From Fidelibacterota bacterium (GTDB taxonomy: Bacteria; Fidelibacterota; Fidelibacteria; Fidelibacterales; DSDE01), in contig JBJKQR010000012.1 of assembly GCA_046735395.1 (NCBI GenBank), positions 32,001 to 96,000 of the forward strand: a DNA stretch of 64,000 bases. Direction: 5' to 3'. This document shows positions 1 through 8,923 of the stretch, piece after piece. A program made the position numbers and the translations under genes. Each line of letters opens with the position of its first letter. The first letter of the stretch is position 1. The notes under the pieces were generated by a model. The model saw only the letters and a list, made by a program, of their open reading frames with translations. It had not been told where the DNA came from and ran no database searches.

Positions 1-209
1 TTTTGCCGCAGCGTCCGCTTCTCGTGAGCCTGCTCCCGGCAAATGCAGGCTTCGCGGTTTTTGTTCTGCCCCAACTGGGTCATGGCCACACTGCAGCGAT
101 CGCTTTGGGACTTTTATCCGTGCTGGCCTGGATCGGGGTGCTGCTGCGCCTGTCATGGCTGCGTGTTAACCGATACGTATTCGGGCATATAGACGGAGGG
201 GTAAAATGA
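1..209 (+). CDS. C-terminal fragment of a membrane protein, probably an ABC-2-type exporter permease (truncated by window edge)
   Basis: Hydrophobic open frame running in from the left edge; its stop overlaps the ATG of the next permease (ATGA at 206-209). Confidence 0.55.
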   Translation, partial: LPQRPLLVSLLPANAGFAVFVLPQLGHGHTAAIALGLLSVLAWIGVLLRLSWLRVNRYVFGHIDGGVK

Positions 210-925
210 AGAAGTTTCCCGTCCTGAAACTGCTCCTGAACGATCTGAGACAGATCCGCATGGACGGAACACTGCTGCTGATGGCGGGTGCCGTTCCCGG
301 AATCTATCTCGTTACAGCAAGGGCACTGCCCATTCTCAATGAAATTCTGGCCAGCCATAAGCTGATTCAGCTGACTGGCCATCTCCGGTTTATTATAATG
401 ACCCTTTACATGGTGATTCCGCTTCTCTCCGGCATGCTGGTCTCTTTTCTGATGGTCGATGAAAAGGATGAAGGTATTTTACAGCAGATCTCTGTTACAC
501 CGATGGGAGTGGGGAGATTTTTTATTTACAAATATTTTTTCGCGTTCTGCCTGGCTTTTCCCTTTCTGCTTCTCATGTTTTACTTTCAGCCTCTGCTGAA
601 TCTGTCATGGATGAATTCTGTGGCATTGGCCTTCATCTATTCACTGGAGTCGCCGCTCATTATTCTGCCGATTGTGAGTTTTGCCCATAATAAGATCGAA
701 GCCATGGCTCTGGCAAAACTGACCGGAATTACTCTCCTTTTTCCGGTGGCAGCCTATTTCTCTCCCGATTGGGGCGCCTCGATCCTGGCTGTATTTCCCT
801 GGTCATGGATAGAAATATTCAGTACATCCACCGGGTTCCTCACGCTGTTTGCAGCCCTGGCCGTTCATCTGCTCTGGCTGCTGCCCGGACAGATCCTCTT
901 CGTAAGCCGTTTCCAGCATCGCTGA
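206..925 (+). CDS. ABC-2-type exporter permease (fluoroquinolone-export-permease-like)
   Basis: About 6 hydrophobic segments; motifs LMVDEKDEGILQQISVTP and FAHNKIEAMALAK typical of this family; RBS GGAGG upstream. Confidence 0.7.
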   Translation: MKKFPVLKLLLNDLRQIRMDGTLLLMAGAVPGIYLVTARALPILNEILASHKLIQLTGHLRFIIMTLYMVIPLLSGMLVSFLMVDEKDEGILQQISVTPMGVGRFFIYKYFFAFCLAFPFLLLMFYFQPLLNLSWMNSVALAFIYSLESPLIILPIVSFAHNKIEAMALAKLTGITLLFPVAAYFSPDWGASILAVFPWSWIEIFSTSTGFLTLFAALAVHLLWLLPGQILFVSRFQHR

Positions 926-1001
926 GACGCTTTAATCACTCCTATTCTTTTCCTTTTTAATAAAAATATTACCTGAATAGTCTGAAAATGCATTTCGGGA
1001 C

Positions 1002-1030
1002 TTGCTTTCCCATTTTACATTAATTATAAT
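1002..1030 (+). promoter_or_regulatory. sigma70-type promoter of the PDH operon
   Basis: TTGCTT (1002-1007), 17 bp spacer, TATAAT (1025-1030), upstream of aceE. Confidence 0.7.
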
Positions 1031-1052
1031 CTTGACGAAAAAGTCAAGATTA
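1027..1052. promoter_or_regulatory. Perfect inverted repeat, candidate repressor operator
   Basis: TAATCTTGAC-gaaaaa-GTCAAGATTA, 10-bp perfect arms overlapping the -10 element and expected start site. Confidence 0.6.
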
Positions 1053-1167
1053 GAAAGATCTTGGCAGGAGTAAAGAAGAACGATGTTGAACTCATTGAAA
1101 AACAAAGAAATAGAAAATATTCAAAATCACAAATTGCCTGTGAGTTTTGAGTTGGGAAGATGTTGAT

Positions 1168-3825
1168 ATGGAAAACAGACTGAACGATATTGAAATCCGG
1201 GAATGGATTGAATCACTTGAATATGTTCTGGAAAAGGAAGGAAGGGACCGGGGCCGGGTTATCCTGCAGGAACTCCGGAATCATGCCGGATTGCGGGGCA
1301 TTGAAGTGCCGCAGGGGACCAATACGCCCTATATCAATACCATCCCTGCCGATGAGCAGCCCGTATATCCGGGTAACCGGGATATGGAGCGGCGTATAAA
1401 AAGCGTGATACGATGGAATGCCATGGCCATGGTGGTAAAAGCTAACCGGATCGAGGACGGAATCGGCGGCCATATTTCCTCCTATGCGTCGGCGGCCACG
1501 CTGTATGAGGTCGGGTTTAATCATTTTTTCAGAGGCCCCTCGGAAGACTTCTCAGGAGACATGGTTTTTTTCCAGGGACATGCATCTCCCGGGATCTATG
1601 CCAGGGCTTTTCTGGAAGGGCGTCTGTCAATCGAGGACCTGAATAATTTCCGCCATGAGGCGCATGCCAGCGCCGGATTACCGTCCTATCCTCATCCCTG
1701 GCTGAGGCCGGATTTCTGGCAGTTTGCCACCGTTTCCATGGGACTGGGGCCGCTGATGGCGATATATCTCGCCCGGTACAACCGTTACCTGGAGGACAGG
1801 GGTCTGAAAAGCAGCCGGGGTGAGAAGGTCTGGGCATTTATAGGAGACGGGGAGACGGATGAACCGGAAACACTGGGAGCCATATCTCTCGCAGCCCGGG
1901 AAAAGCTGGACAATTTAATTTTTGTCATCAACGCGAATCTTCAGCGGCTGGACGGGCCGGTACGGGGAAACGGCCGTATCATTCAGGAACTGGAAACGAA
2001 TTTTCGGGGAGCCGGCTGGAATGTGATCAAGGTGATCTGGGGGCGGGAATGGGATGATCTGCTGGCCCGGGACCGGAGCGGACTGCTCATCCGGCGCATG
2101 GATGAGCTGGTGGACGGTGAAAGCCAGAATTACAGTGTGCGCGGCGGAGAGTATATCCGGGAACATTTTTTCGGAAAATATCCCGAACTTCTGACACTTG
2201 TGGAGGTCCTGAGCGATGAGCAGCTGGAAAAACTGTCCTTTGGCGGGCATGATCCGGAAAAGGTCTATGCTGCGTACTCAGCGGCCGTAAAGCATGAAGG
2301 CGGACCGACGGTCATTATCGCCAGAACGGTGAAGGGATACGGACTGGGAGAGGCGGGGGAAGGAAAGAATTTCACCCATTCCCAGAAGAAACTGAATGAA
2401 AAGCAGCTGCGCTCCTTCCGAAGCCGCTTTGCCATTCCCATTTCCGATGATGAAATTGATTCGGTGCCGTTTTACCGTTTTCCCGAAGAAAGCCCCGAGC
2501 ATGATTATCTACATGCCAGGCGGAAAGCTCTGGGTGGCTACCTTCCTCAGAGGCGGACGGTCGGGAAGCCTCTGGAAATGCCCGACAGCAGGATCTGGTC
2601 AGAATTTGACGAAGGAACGGGTGACAGGCCGGTGTCGACCACCATGGCCTTCGTGAAACTGCTTACACAGCTTCTGAAAGACCGGAATACCGGCTCTTAT
2701 ATCGTTCCGATTGTGCCGGATGAAGCGCGGACTTTCGGGATGGAATCCCTGTTCCGGCAGGTTGGAATCTATTCCCACGTCGGCCAGCTCTATGAACCCG
2801 TGGATTCGGATTCACTGCTGTATTACCGGGAAGCCCGTGACGGACAGATTCTGGAGGAGGGTATAACGGAAAGCGGAGCCATGTCCTCATTTATAGCGGC
2901 CGGCACATCCTGGTCGCTCCATGATGTTCCCACCGTGCCCTTCTATATCTTTTACTCCATGTTCGGACTCCAGAGAGTGGGAGATCTGGCATGGGCTGCC
3001 GGAGATATGCGCGCCCGCGGTTTTCTGGTGGGGGGAACAGCAGGGCGGACCACGCTTGCCGGAGAAGGACTTCAGCATCAGGATGGGAATTCACAGCTTC
3101 TGGCCTTTGCCTATCCGACACTGAAGGCCTATGATCCGGCCTATGCCTATGAAATAGCTGCGATTATCAGGCAGGGAATGAAGAGTATGTATGTGGACCA
3201 GAACGCGGAATTCTATTATCTGACTCTATGCAATGAAAATTATCCGCAGATGCCACGGCCGGCGCATGACCCTGACCTGGATGAAAAAATCATCAGGGGA
3301 ATGTACAAATTCAGATCATCCGATCTGAAATCAGACCGGAAGGCCATCCTTTTTGGTTCCGGTGCTCTGCTGCCACGTGTTCTGGATGCGGCCGAAATTC
3401 TTGAGAAGGATTACAAGGTTGCGACAGAAATATTCAGTATCACCTCCTATAAGGCTTTGTACATGGATGCGGTGCTGCGGGAAAGAGAGCTTTTCCTGAC
3501 CGGTGAGAGCATGAAATCCCATTTGTCTCACGAACTGGAAGGTCTGGATGCGCCCATCGTCGCGGTGTCAGATTATGTGCGGGCTGTGCCCGATACCCTC
3601 GGCCGCTGGATATCAAATCCCATGATGAGCCTGGGAACAGATGGCTTCGGACGCAGTGACGGACGTGATCATCTCAGGGACTTTTTTGAGGTGAATACGG
3701 CCTATATCGTTTTTGCCGCGCTCACCATGCTTCATCGCCAGGGGCAATTTCCTGCGGATTTACTGGAGCGTGCCGCAGGCAGACTGAAGATTGACAGAAG
3801 CAAACCCAATCCTATGACGGCATGA
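1168..3825 (+). CDS. aceE: Pyruvate dehydrogenase E1, homodimeric type
   Basis: Motifs PYINTI, IGGHISSYAS, FQGHASPG, TVSMGLGP, TPP-binding GDGETDEPE...NLQRLDGPV, GEGLQHQDG, GTDGFGRSD; ATG 1168 preferred over TTG 1147. Confidence 0.97.
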   Translation: MENRLNDIEIREWIESLEYVLEKEGRDRGRVILQELRNHAGLRGIEVPQGTNTPYINTIPADEQPVYPGNRDMERRIKSVIRWNAMAMVVKANRIEDGIGGHISSYASAATLYEVGFNHFFRGPSEDFSGDMVFFQGHASPGIYARAFLEGRLSIEDLNNFRHEAHASAGLPSYPHPWLRPDFWQFATVSMGLGPLMAIYLARYNRYLEDRGLKSSRGEKVWAFIGDGETDEPETLGAISLAAREKLDNLIFVINANLQRLDGPVRGNGRIIQELETNFRGAGWNVIKVIWGREWDDLLARDRSGLLIRRMDELVDGESQNYSVRGGEYIREHFFGKYPELLTLVEVLSDEQLEKLSFGGHDPEKVYAAYSAAVKHEGGPTVIIARTVKGYGLGEAGEGKNFTHSQKKLNEKQLRSFRSRFAIPISDDEIDSVPFYRFPEESPEHDYLHARRKALGGYLPQRRTVGKPLEMPDSRIWSEFDEGTGDRPVSTTMAFVKLLTQLLKDRNTGSYIVPIVPDEARTFGMESLFRQVGIYSHVGQLYEPVDSDSLLYYREARDGQILEEGITESGAMSSFIAAGTSWSLHDVPTVPFYIFYSMFGLQRVGDLAWAAGDMRARGFLVGGTAGRTTLAGEGLQHQDGNSQLLAFAYPTLKAYDPAYAYEIAAIIRQGMKSMYVDQNAEFYYLTLCNENYPQMPRPAHDPDLDEKIIRGMYKFRSSDLKSDRKAILFGSGALLPRVLDAAEILEKDYKVATEIFSITSYKALYMDAVLRERELFLTGESMKSHLSHELEGLDAPIVAVSDYVRAVPDTLGRWISNPMMSLGTDGFGRSDGRDHLRDFFEVNTAYIVFAALTMLHRQGQFPADLLERAAGRLKIDRSKPNPMTA

Positions 3826-3836
3826 GGAGTAGTGAT

Positions 3837-5147
3837 ATGCTGACGGACATAAAAATCCCCGTTCTCGGGGAAAATATAGAATCGGCGGTGCTGGCTGCGC
3901 TGCGAGTTGAGGCCGGACAGTCTGTGAAAAAGGATGATATTCTCATGGAGCTGGAAACGGGAAAGGCTGTGGTCGAAATTCCGGCAGAGACTGACGGAAT
4001 AATTCGAAATATCCGGGTTGAAGAAGGTGCGGAACTTCGCATCGGACAGCTTGTGATGTCCTTAGAAACCTCCGGGACTCAGGTGGAAAGCCAGGATGAT
4101 GTTAAGGAAGGCCCGGTACCTGAATCGGAATTGCCTGAATCTGCTGTGATTCAGGAGACAGCGGAGAGGCCGCCTACAGCTGAAGTTCAGCGGATTGAGG
4201 TACAACCTGAGTCGGATTCTCTGAAAGCGGACGGGACAGACCAACGCGCAAATGAATTTCTGCTGGTGCCGGCGGCTCCTTCCGTACGGCGCTTTGCCCG
4301 GGAAATCGGGATTGATATCCGTCAGGTGACCGGCAGCGGTCCGGGAGGACGGATCAGTATAGATGATGTGAAAACCTTTTCACGACTGGTGAATCAGAAC
4401 GAACAGGGGCGGCCGGCCGGGAAATCGCTGCTTCCGGATTTTGAAAAATGGGGCTCTGTGCAGCGGATTCCCATGTCAGGCATCCGTCTGGAAACGGCGA
4501 AACACCTGTCGGCAGCCTGGTCCGAAATTCCCATGGTGACTCAGTACGGCAAGGCAGATCTGAGTGAATGGGAACGATTGAAGGACAATCTGGGAGCCGA
4601 TGTGGCAGCCCGGGGAGGAAAACTGACTCTGACCGCTCTGCTTGCAGCTGTTGTTGCGAAGGCATTGGTGAAATTTCCCAGTTTCAATTCATCCATTGAT
4701 ATGGAAAAACGGGAAATCATCACTAAAGAATATATCAATATGGGAATAGCTGTGGATACACCCGGAGGGCTGCTGGTGCCGGTGATCCGGAATATTCAGA
4801 CGCTGGGACTGATGGACATTGTCCTGGAACTTCAGAATCTGGCTGAGAGAGCCCGGGAACGGAAAATACGCCCTGAAGACCTGCAGGGAGGAACCTTTAC
4901 GATATCAAATCTGGGCGGTATTGCCGGTACGGCCTTCACACCGCTTGTCAATTCACCGGAAGTGGCTATTCTGGGTCTTTCCCGTTCAGCGGTGGAAGCA
5001 GTGTGGAACGGGCGTGAATTTGAGGCGCGGACCATGCTGCCCCTGTCTCTGTCCTATGATCACCGCGTCATTGACGGTGCCGACGGTGCACGATTCATGG
5101 GATGGATAGAAGAGGCGCTTCGCCAGCCCTGTCGCCTGCTGCTGTAA
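3837..5147 (+). CDS. aceF: Dihydrolipoamide acetyltransferase E2 (single lipoyl domain)
   Basis: Lipoyl domain (ETGKAVVEIP), subunit-binding APSVRRFARE...GSGPGGRI, catalytic LSYDHRVIDGA; RBS AGGAG before ATG 3837. Confidence 0.93.
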   Translation: MLTDIKIPVLGENIESAVLAALRVEAGQSVKKDDILMELETGKAVVEIPAETDGIIRNIRVEEGAELRIGQLVMSLETSGTQVESQDDVKEGPVPESELPESAVIQETAERPPTAEVQRIEVQPESDSLKADGTDQRANEFLLVPAAPSVRRFAREIGIDIRQVTGSGPGGRISIDDVKTFSRLVNQNEQGRPAGKSLLPDFEKWGSVQRIPMSGIRLETAKHLSAAWSEIPMVTQYGKADLSEWERLKDNLGADVAARGGKLTLTALLAAVVAKALVKFPSFNSSIDMEKREIITKEYINMGIAVDTPGGLLVPVIRNIQTLGLMDIVLELQNLAERARERKIRPEDLQGGTFTISNLGGIAGTAFTPLVNSPEVAILGLSRSAVEAVWNGREFEARTMLPLSLSYDHRVIDGADGARFMGWIEEALRQPCRLLL

Positions 5148-5213
5148 GGGCTGACAGGAACCTTGTCACTGTCCTGATTATTCCGTAATTTTCAGCAAAG
5201 AAAAGGAGTGTAC

Positions 5214-6632
5214 ATGTCAGAACCAAATAACGAACTGGTGATTATCGGAGCAGGTCCGGGGGGATATGCCGCCGCCTTTCATGCTGCGGATCATGGTCTT
5301 CAGGTCACGCTCATCGATCCTGAGGAAAATCCGGGTGGTGTCTGCCTGTACAGAGGGTGTATTCCCTCCAAGGCTCTTCTGCATGCAGCGAAGCTCATTT
5401 ATGAAACCCGTGAAAGTTCTGCCTGGGGCCTGTCCTTCAGCGGAATGAAACTGGATACAGATGCACTCAGAAACTGGAAACAGTCTGTTGTCGATAAGCT
5501 GACGGGCGGCCTGGGGCAGCTGGTCAGACAGAGGAAAATTACCTATATCCGTGGAAAGGCCGCGTTTAAAAGTGACCGGCTGCTTCAGGTGGTCGGAGAG
5601 GATGGCACAGAGCGGGATATTGAATTCGGGAATGTGATCATTGCTGCCGGTAGCCGGCCTGTGGCCATACCCGGAATAAATATGGAAAACCCCCGTATTC
5701 TGGACAGCAGCGGAGCTCTGGCGCTGAATGATGTTCCGAAACGTCTGCTGGTAATCGGCGGCGGATATATCGGCCTGGAAATGGGAACCGCCTATGCTGC
5801 TTTCGGATCTGCCGTCACCGTCGTGGAGATGCTTCCCAACCTGCTCCCCGCCATGGATAAGGATCTGGTGAGGATCCTGAAGCGAAGCCTGGATAAAAAG
5901 TTCGAATCCATTCTGCTTTCCACGCGGGTTAAATCTGTTCAGGAAGGGAAGGACGGACTGGCCGTGACCTTTGAACTGCCGGACGGCAGTGAAAAGACGG
6001 ATCATTTCGACAAAATTATCGTGTCGGTGGGACGCCGGCCCAATTCGGACAGGATCGGCCTGGAAAATACCTCGGTCAGGGTGGATGAAAGAGGTTTCGT
6101 GCAGGCGGATGACCGCAAGGCCACATCCGTTTCCCATATTTATGCAATCGGTGATATCGTGGGCGGGATGATGCTGGCCCACAAGGCCTCCCACGAAGCA
6201 TTCACGGCGGTGGATAGCATTCTGGGGAAAAATGCGAGTTTCAATCCCCAGGCGATTCCGGCCGTTGTGTTTACCGACCCGGAAGTCGCAGTAGCCGGAC
6301 TGGGAGAAGATGACGCGAAATCCCGCGGCCTGGATGTGGATGTGACACGCTTTCCCTGGGCAGCCTCCGGCAGGGCCCTCACGATGGATCGCGGGGAGGG
6401 AATGACGAAAATCATTTTTGATAAATCCAGCGGCCGTGTCCTCGGTGTGGGGATCGTGGGCGCCGGCGCCGGGGAAATGATTGCCGAAGGAACACTGGCG
6501 ATTGAAATGGCTGCCCTGGCTGCTGATGTGAAGCTGACCATTCATGCCCATCCCACGTTGTCGGAAACATTTATGGAGGCCGGAGAACTGTTTTTCGGGC
6601 CGGCCACCCATGTCTATAAACCCAAACGCTGA
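5214..6632 (+). CDS. lpdA: Dihydrolipoamide dehydrogenase E3
   Basis: GAGPGGY FAD motif, redox disulfide GGVCLYRGCIPSK, GGGYIGLE, C-terminal HAHPTLSE. Confidence 0.97.
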   Translation: MSEPNNELVIIGAGPGGYAAAFHAADHGLQVTLIDPEENPGGVCLYRGCIPSKALLHAAKLIYETRESSAWGLSFSGMKLDTDALRNWKQSVVDKLTGGLGQLVRQRKITYIRGKAAFKSDRLLQVVGEDGTERDIEFGNVIIAAGSRPVAIPGINMENPRILDSSGALALNDVPKRLLVIGGGYIGLEMGTAYAAFGSAVTVVEMLPNLLPAMDKDLVRILKRSLDKKFESILLSTRVKSVQEGKDGLAVTFELPDGSEKTDHFDKIIVSVGRRPNSDRIGLENTSVRVDERGFVQADDRKATSVSHIYAIGDIVGGMMLAHKASHEAFTAVDSILGKNASFNPQAIPAVVFTDPEVAVAGLGEDDAKSRGLDVDVTRFPWAASGRALTMDRGEGMTKIIFDKSSGRVLGVGIVGAGAGEMIAEGTLAIEMAALAADVKLTIHAHPTLSETFMEAGELFFGPATHVYKPKR

Positions 6633-6743
6633 CGGGTAATAACTATCCGAAGCTTGCCCGAAGGGCTGACGGCAGGATTCAGACCTTGCTTATCCCTTTT
6701 GAATACTGTAATTTTTTCCACAATTTCAGATAAGGGATCAGAA

Positions 6744-7082
6744 ATGGAGGACAGCAGTACAGTGTTATTTGATAAAGCGGAATTATTAGACCGGGTTGGT
6801 GATGACGAAGAACTGATTCAGGAATTGATAGAGCTGTTTATAGACGATTACCCGGGTAAAATCAGTGGAATTGAGGACGGGCTGGCTGCTCAGGATGCAG
6901 AAAAGGTCCGGGATTCAGCCCATGGCCTGAAGGGCGCTTCCGCGAATCTGTCCTTCAACAGTGTCTCCGGGATCGCGAAAACCATCGAGTTTGCAGCCCG
7001 GGATGAAAATCTGGTACTGGTCGCCGAAAATCTCGTTCTCCTGAAATCCGAAATTGCCCGGCTTCTCGAAATCATCAGTTAA
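6744..7082 (+). CDS. Stand-alone Hpt (histidine phosphotransfer) domain protein
   Basis: LDRVGDDEELIQELIELF...AHGLKGASANL Hpt signature; ATG 6744. Confidence 0.88.
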   Translation: MEDSSTVLFDKAELLDRVGDDEELIQELIELFIDDYPGKISGIEDGLAAQDAEKVRDSAHGLKGASANLSFNSVSGIAKTIEFAARDENLVLVAENLVLLKSEIARLLEIIS

Positions 7083-7112
7083 TCAATAAATACATATCGT
7101 AATGCTCATATC

Positions 7113-7137
7113 TTCGCCGTCGGCTGGTGACGGCGAA
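7113..7137. terminator. Hairpin between convergent genes, probable terminator
   Basis: TTCGCCGTC-7 nt loop-GACGGCGAA perfect 9-bp stem. Confidence 0.5.
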
Positions 7138-7168
7138 TCCGTTATTTACTGAACTGTCAGGTCGTGGC

Positions 7169-7366
7169 TTATTTAAATTTTATACGGGAAAAAATAAGTT
7201 CGAAATAGGCGGAGGCGCCGAAACTTTCTGTGGGCGGAGCGAAGATCTGTACGAGCTGCCACCCCTGGGCGGCATGTTCGTCAATGATCTTGTGATAATC
7301 TTCCTTCGGCTTCACGCTATTGATACCGGCCTTCAGATCGATCTTGATATATTTGTATTCGTACAT
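7169..7366 (-). CDS. Small DUF4177-like protein
   Basis: MYEYKY...IIDEHAAQGWQLVQIF...FELIF pattern; RBS GGAGG upstream. Confidence 0.75.
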   Translation of the reverse strand: MYEYKYIKIDLKAGINSVKPKEDYHKIIDEHAAQGWQLVQIFAPPTESFGASAYFELIFSRIKFK

Positions 7367-7451
7367 GGAACACCTCCCTGAACAATATAAGAAATTAGCG
7401 GCAAGCGAACAGTAAAAACATTGAATCTACAGGCATTTACAGGAATGTGGC

Positions 7452-8750
7452 TTAGCCGGCGTAGAGGCCGATACCGCGTGCCTCGGTGATTTTGCGCGTG
7501 ATGATATCCTTGATCCGGTAATTTTCCGCGGGAAAAATGACACTTCGGTTCGAGCTGGTTCGTCCCATCAGTTCATTCCGGCCTTTTTTACTCGGGCGCT
7601 CAACCAGAATCTCCATGTCCCTGCCGACGCAGGCCAGGTTTCGTTCGTAGGTATGTTCTTTCTGCAGCGCGATCAATTCGTTCAGGCGGGCCCGTTTTTC
7701 CGCTTCCGGGACATCGTCGGTGAGCAGAGCTGCTTTCGTGCCGGGGCGCGGGGAATATTTGAAGGTGAATGCGGAATCAAATTTCACGTCTTTCATGAGA
7801 GCCAGCGTTTCCTGAAAATCCTGCTCACTTTCCCCCGGAAAACCGACAATGATATCGGTGGTAATGCTCATGGACGGGACTGCTTTACGGATTTTTTCCA
7901 CCAGCTTCAGATAATGGTCACGGGTATAGGTCCGGTTCATGGCTTTCAGCATCCGGTCGGATCCGGCCTGAAGGGGAAGGTGAATATGGTCCGCGATGCG
8001 GGGAAGAAATTCCGCATGCACGGCCAGCAGGTCATCATCCACATCCTGAGGATGGGGACTGGTATAGCGGATGCGGCGGATCCCCGGAACCTGGGCAACC
8101 GCTCTGAGCAGCTGGGGAAAATGATCCTCTCCGTGCCGGTAACTGTTTACATTCTGTCCCAGAAGCGTGATCTCCACAAAGCCCTGCTCTGCGATGAGAG
8201 CTGCTTCTTCGGTAATACTGGCGATGGAGCGGCTCCGTTCCCGTCCCCGTGTATAGGGAACGATGCAGTAGGTGCAGAATTTGTCACAGCCCCGCATGAT
8301 GCTGATCCAGGCATTAATGCCTTCCCGTCTGGCGGGGAAGAGGCCGTCATAAACCTCATAGCGGCTGAGATGCGTATCGACTTTGCCGCGTCTCGTCCGT
8401 TTTTTAGACAGCATTTCAGGCAGACGCCGGTAGGCATCCGGCCCGGCAACGATCTGAACATGAGTCCGGTTATTGACCAGCTTTTCCTTGAGGTTCTGGG
8501 CCATGCAGCCGACCACGCCCAGCTGCAGGTCCGGATTTTCACTGCGGTATTTCTGCAGCTCGCCGATGCGGCTGTATATCTTGTCCTCGGCATGCTCCCG
8601 GACCGAGCAGGTATTGAGCAGAATGACGTCTGCATCTTCAGGGCGTTCCACCGCTTCAAAATCCGGCTCACGCTCCAGTATTCCTGCTATCAGTTCGCTG
8701 TCATATACATTCATCTGGCAGCCGTAGGTCTCTATATAGAATTTTTTCAT
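7452..8750 (-). CDS. miaB: tRNA-2-methylthio-N6-dimethylallyladenosine synthase
   Basis: TYGCQMNVYDSE, NTCSVRE, GCMAQ, radical SAM GCDKFCTYC, YSPRPGT, C-terminal TRAM domain. Confidence 0.95.
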   Translation of the reverse strand: MKKFYIETYGCQMNVYDSELIAGILEREPDFEAVERPEDADVILLNTCSVREHAEDKIYSRIGELQKYRSENPDLQLGVVGCMAQNLKEKLVNNRTHVQIVAGPDAYRRLPEMLSKKRTRRGKVDTHLSRYEVYDGLFPARREGINAWISIMRGCDKFCTYCIVPYTRGRERSRSIASITEEAALIAEQGFVEITLLGQNVNSYRHGEDHFPQLLRAVAQVPGIRRIRYTSPHPQDVDDDLLAVHAEFLPRIADHIHLPLQAGSDRMLKAMNRTYTRDHYLKLVEKIRKAVPSMSITTDIIVGFPGESEQDFQETLALMKDVKFDSAFTFKYSPRPGTKAALLTDDVPEAEKRARLNELIALQKEHTYERNLACVGRDMEILVERPSKKGRNELMGRTSSNRSVIFPAENYRIKDIITRKITEARGIGLYAG

Positions 8751-8923
8751 CGTTCTCCCATTTTCAGGGCCTAAATTACTGAAAAAAAATGTCCTTGTGA
8801 AGAACCCATCTGAAAAATACCCGGGAATGTCTCATTTTATGGATGTTTTTTTACCGTCGGTTCAGATGACTCAGGTAAATTCCGGATTCAGGATATGTTC
8901 AGTACAAATTCGCTGAATGGATT

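Noticed and set aside
5217..6611. Long antisense ORFs (also 7653-8774, 11605-12639, 17042-18079, 33755-34771, 35680-36777, 41027-42274, 47557-48507)
   Set aside because: Shadow frames opposite well-supported genes, with no recognisable motifs.
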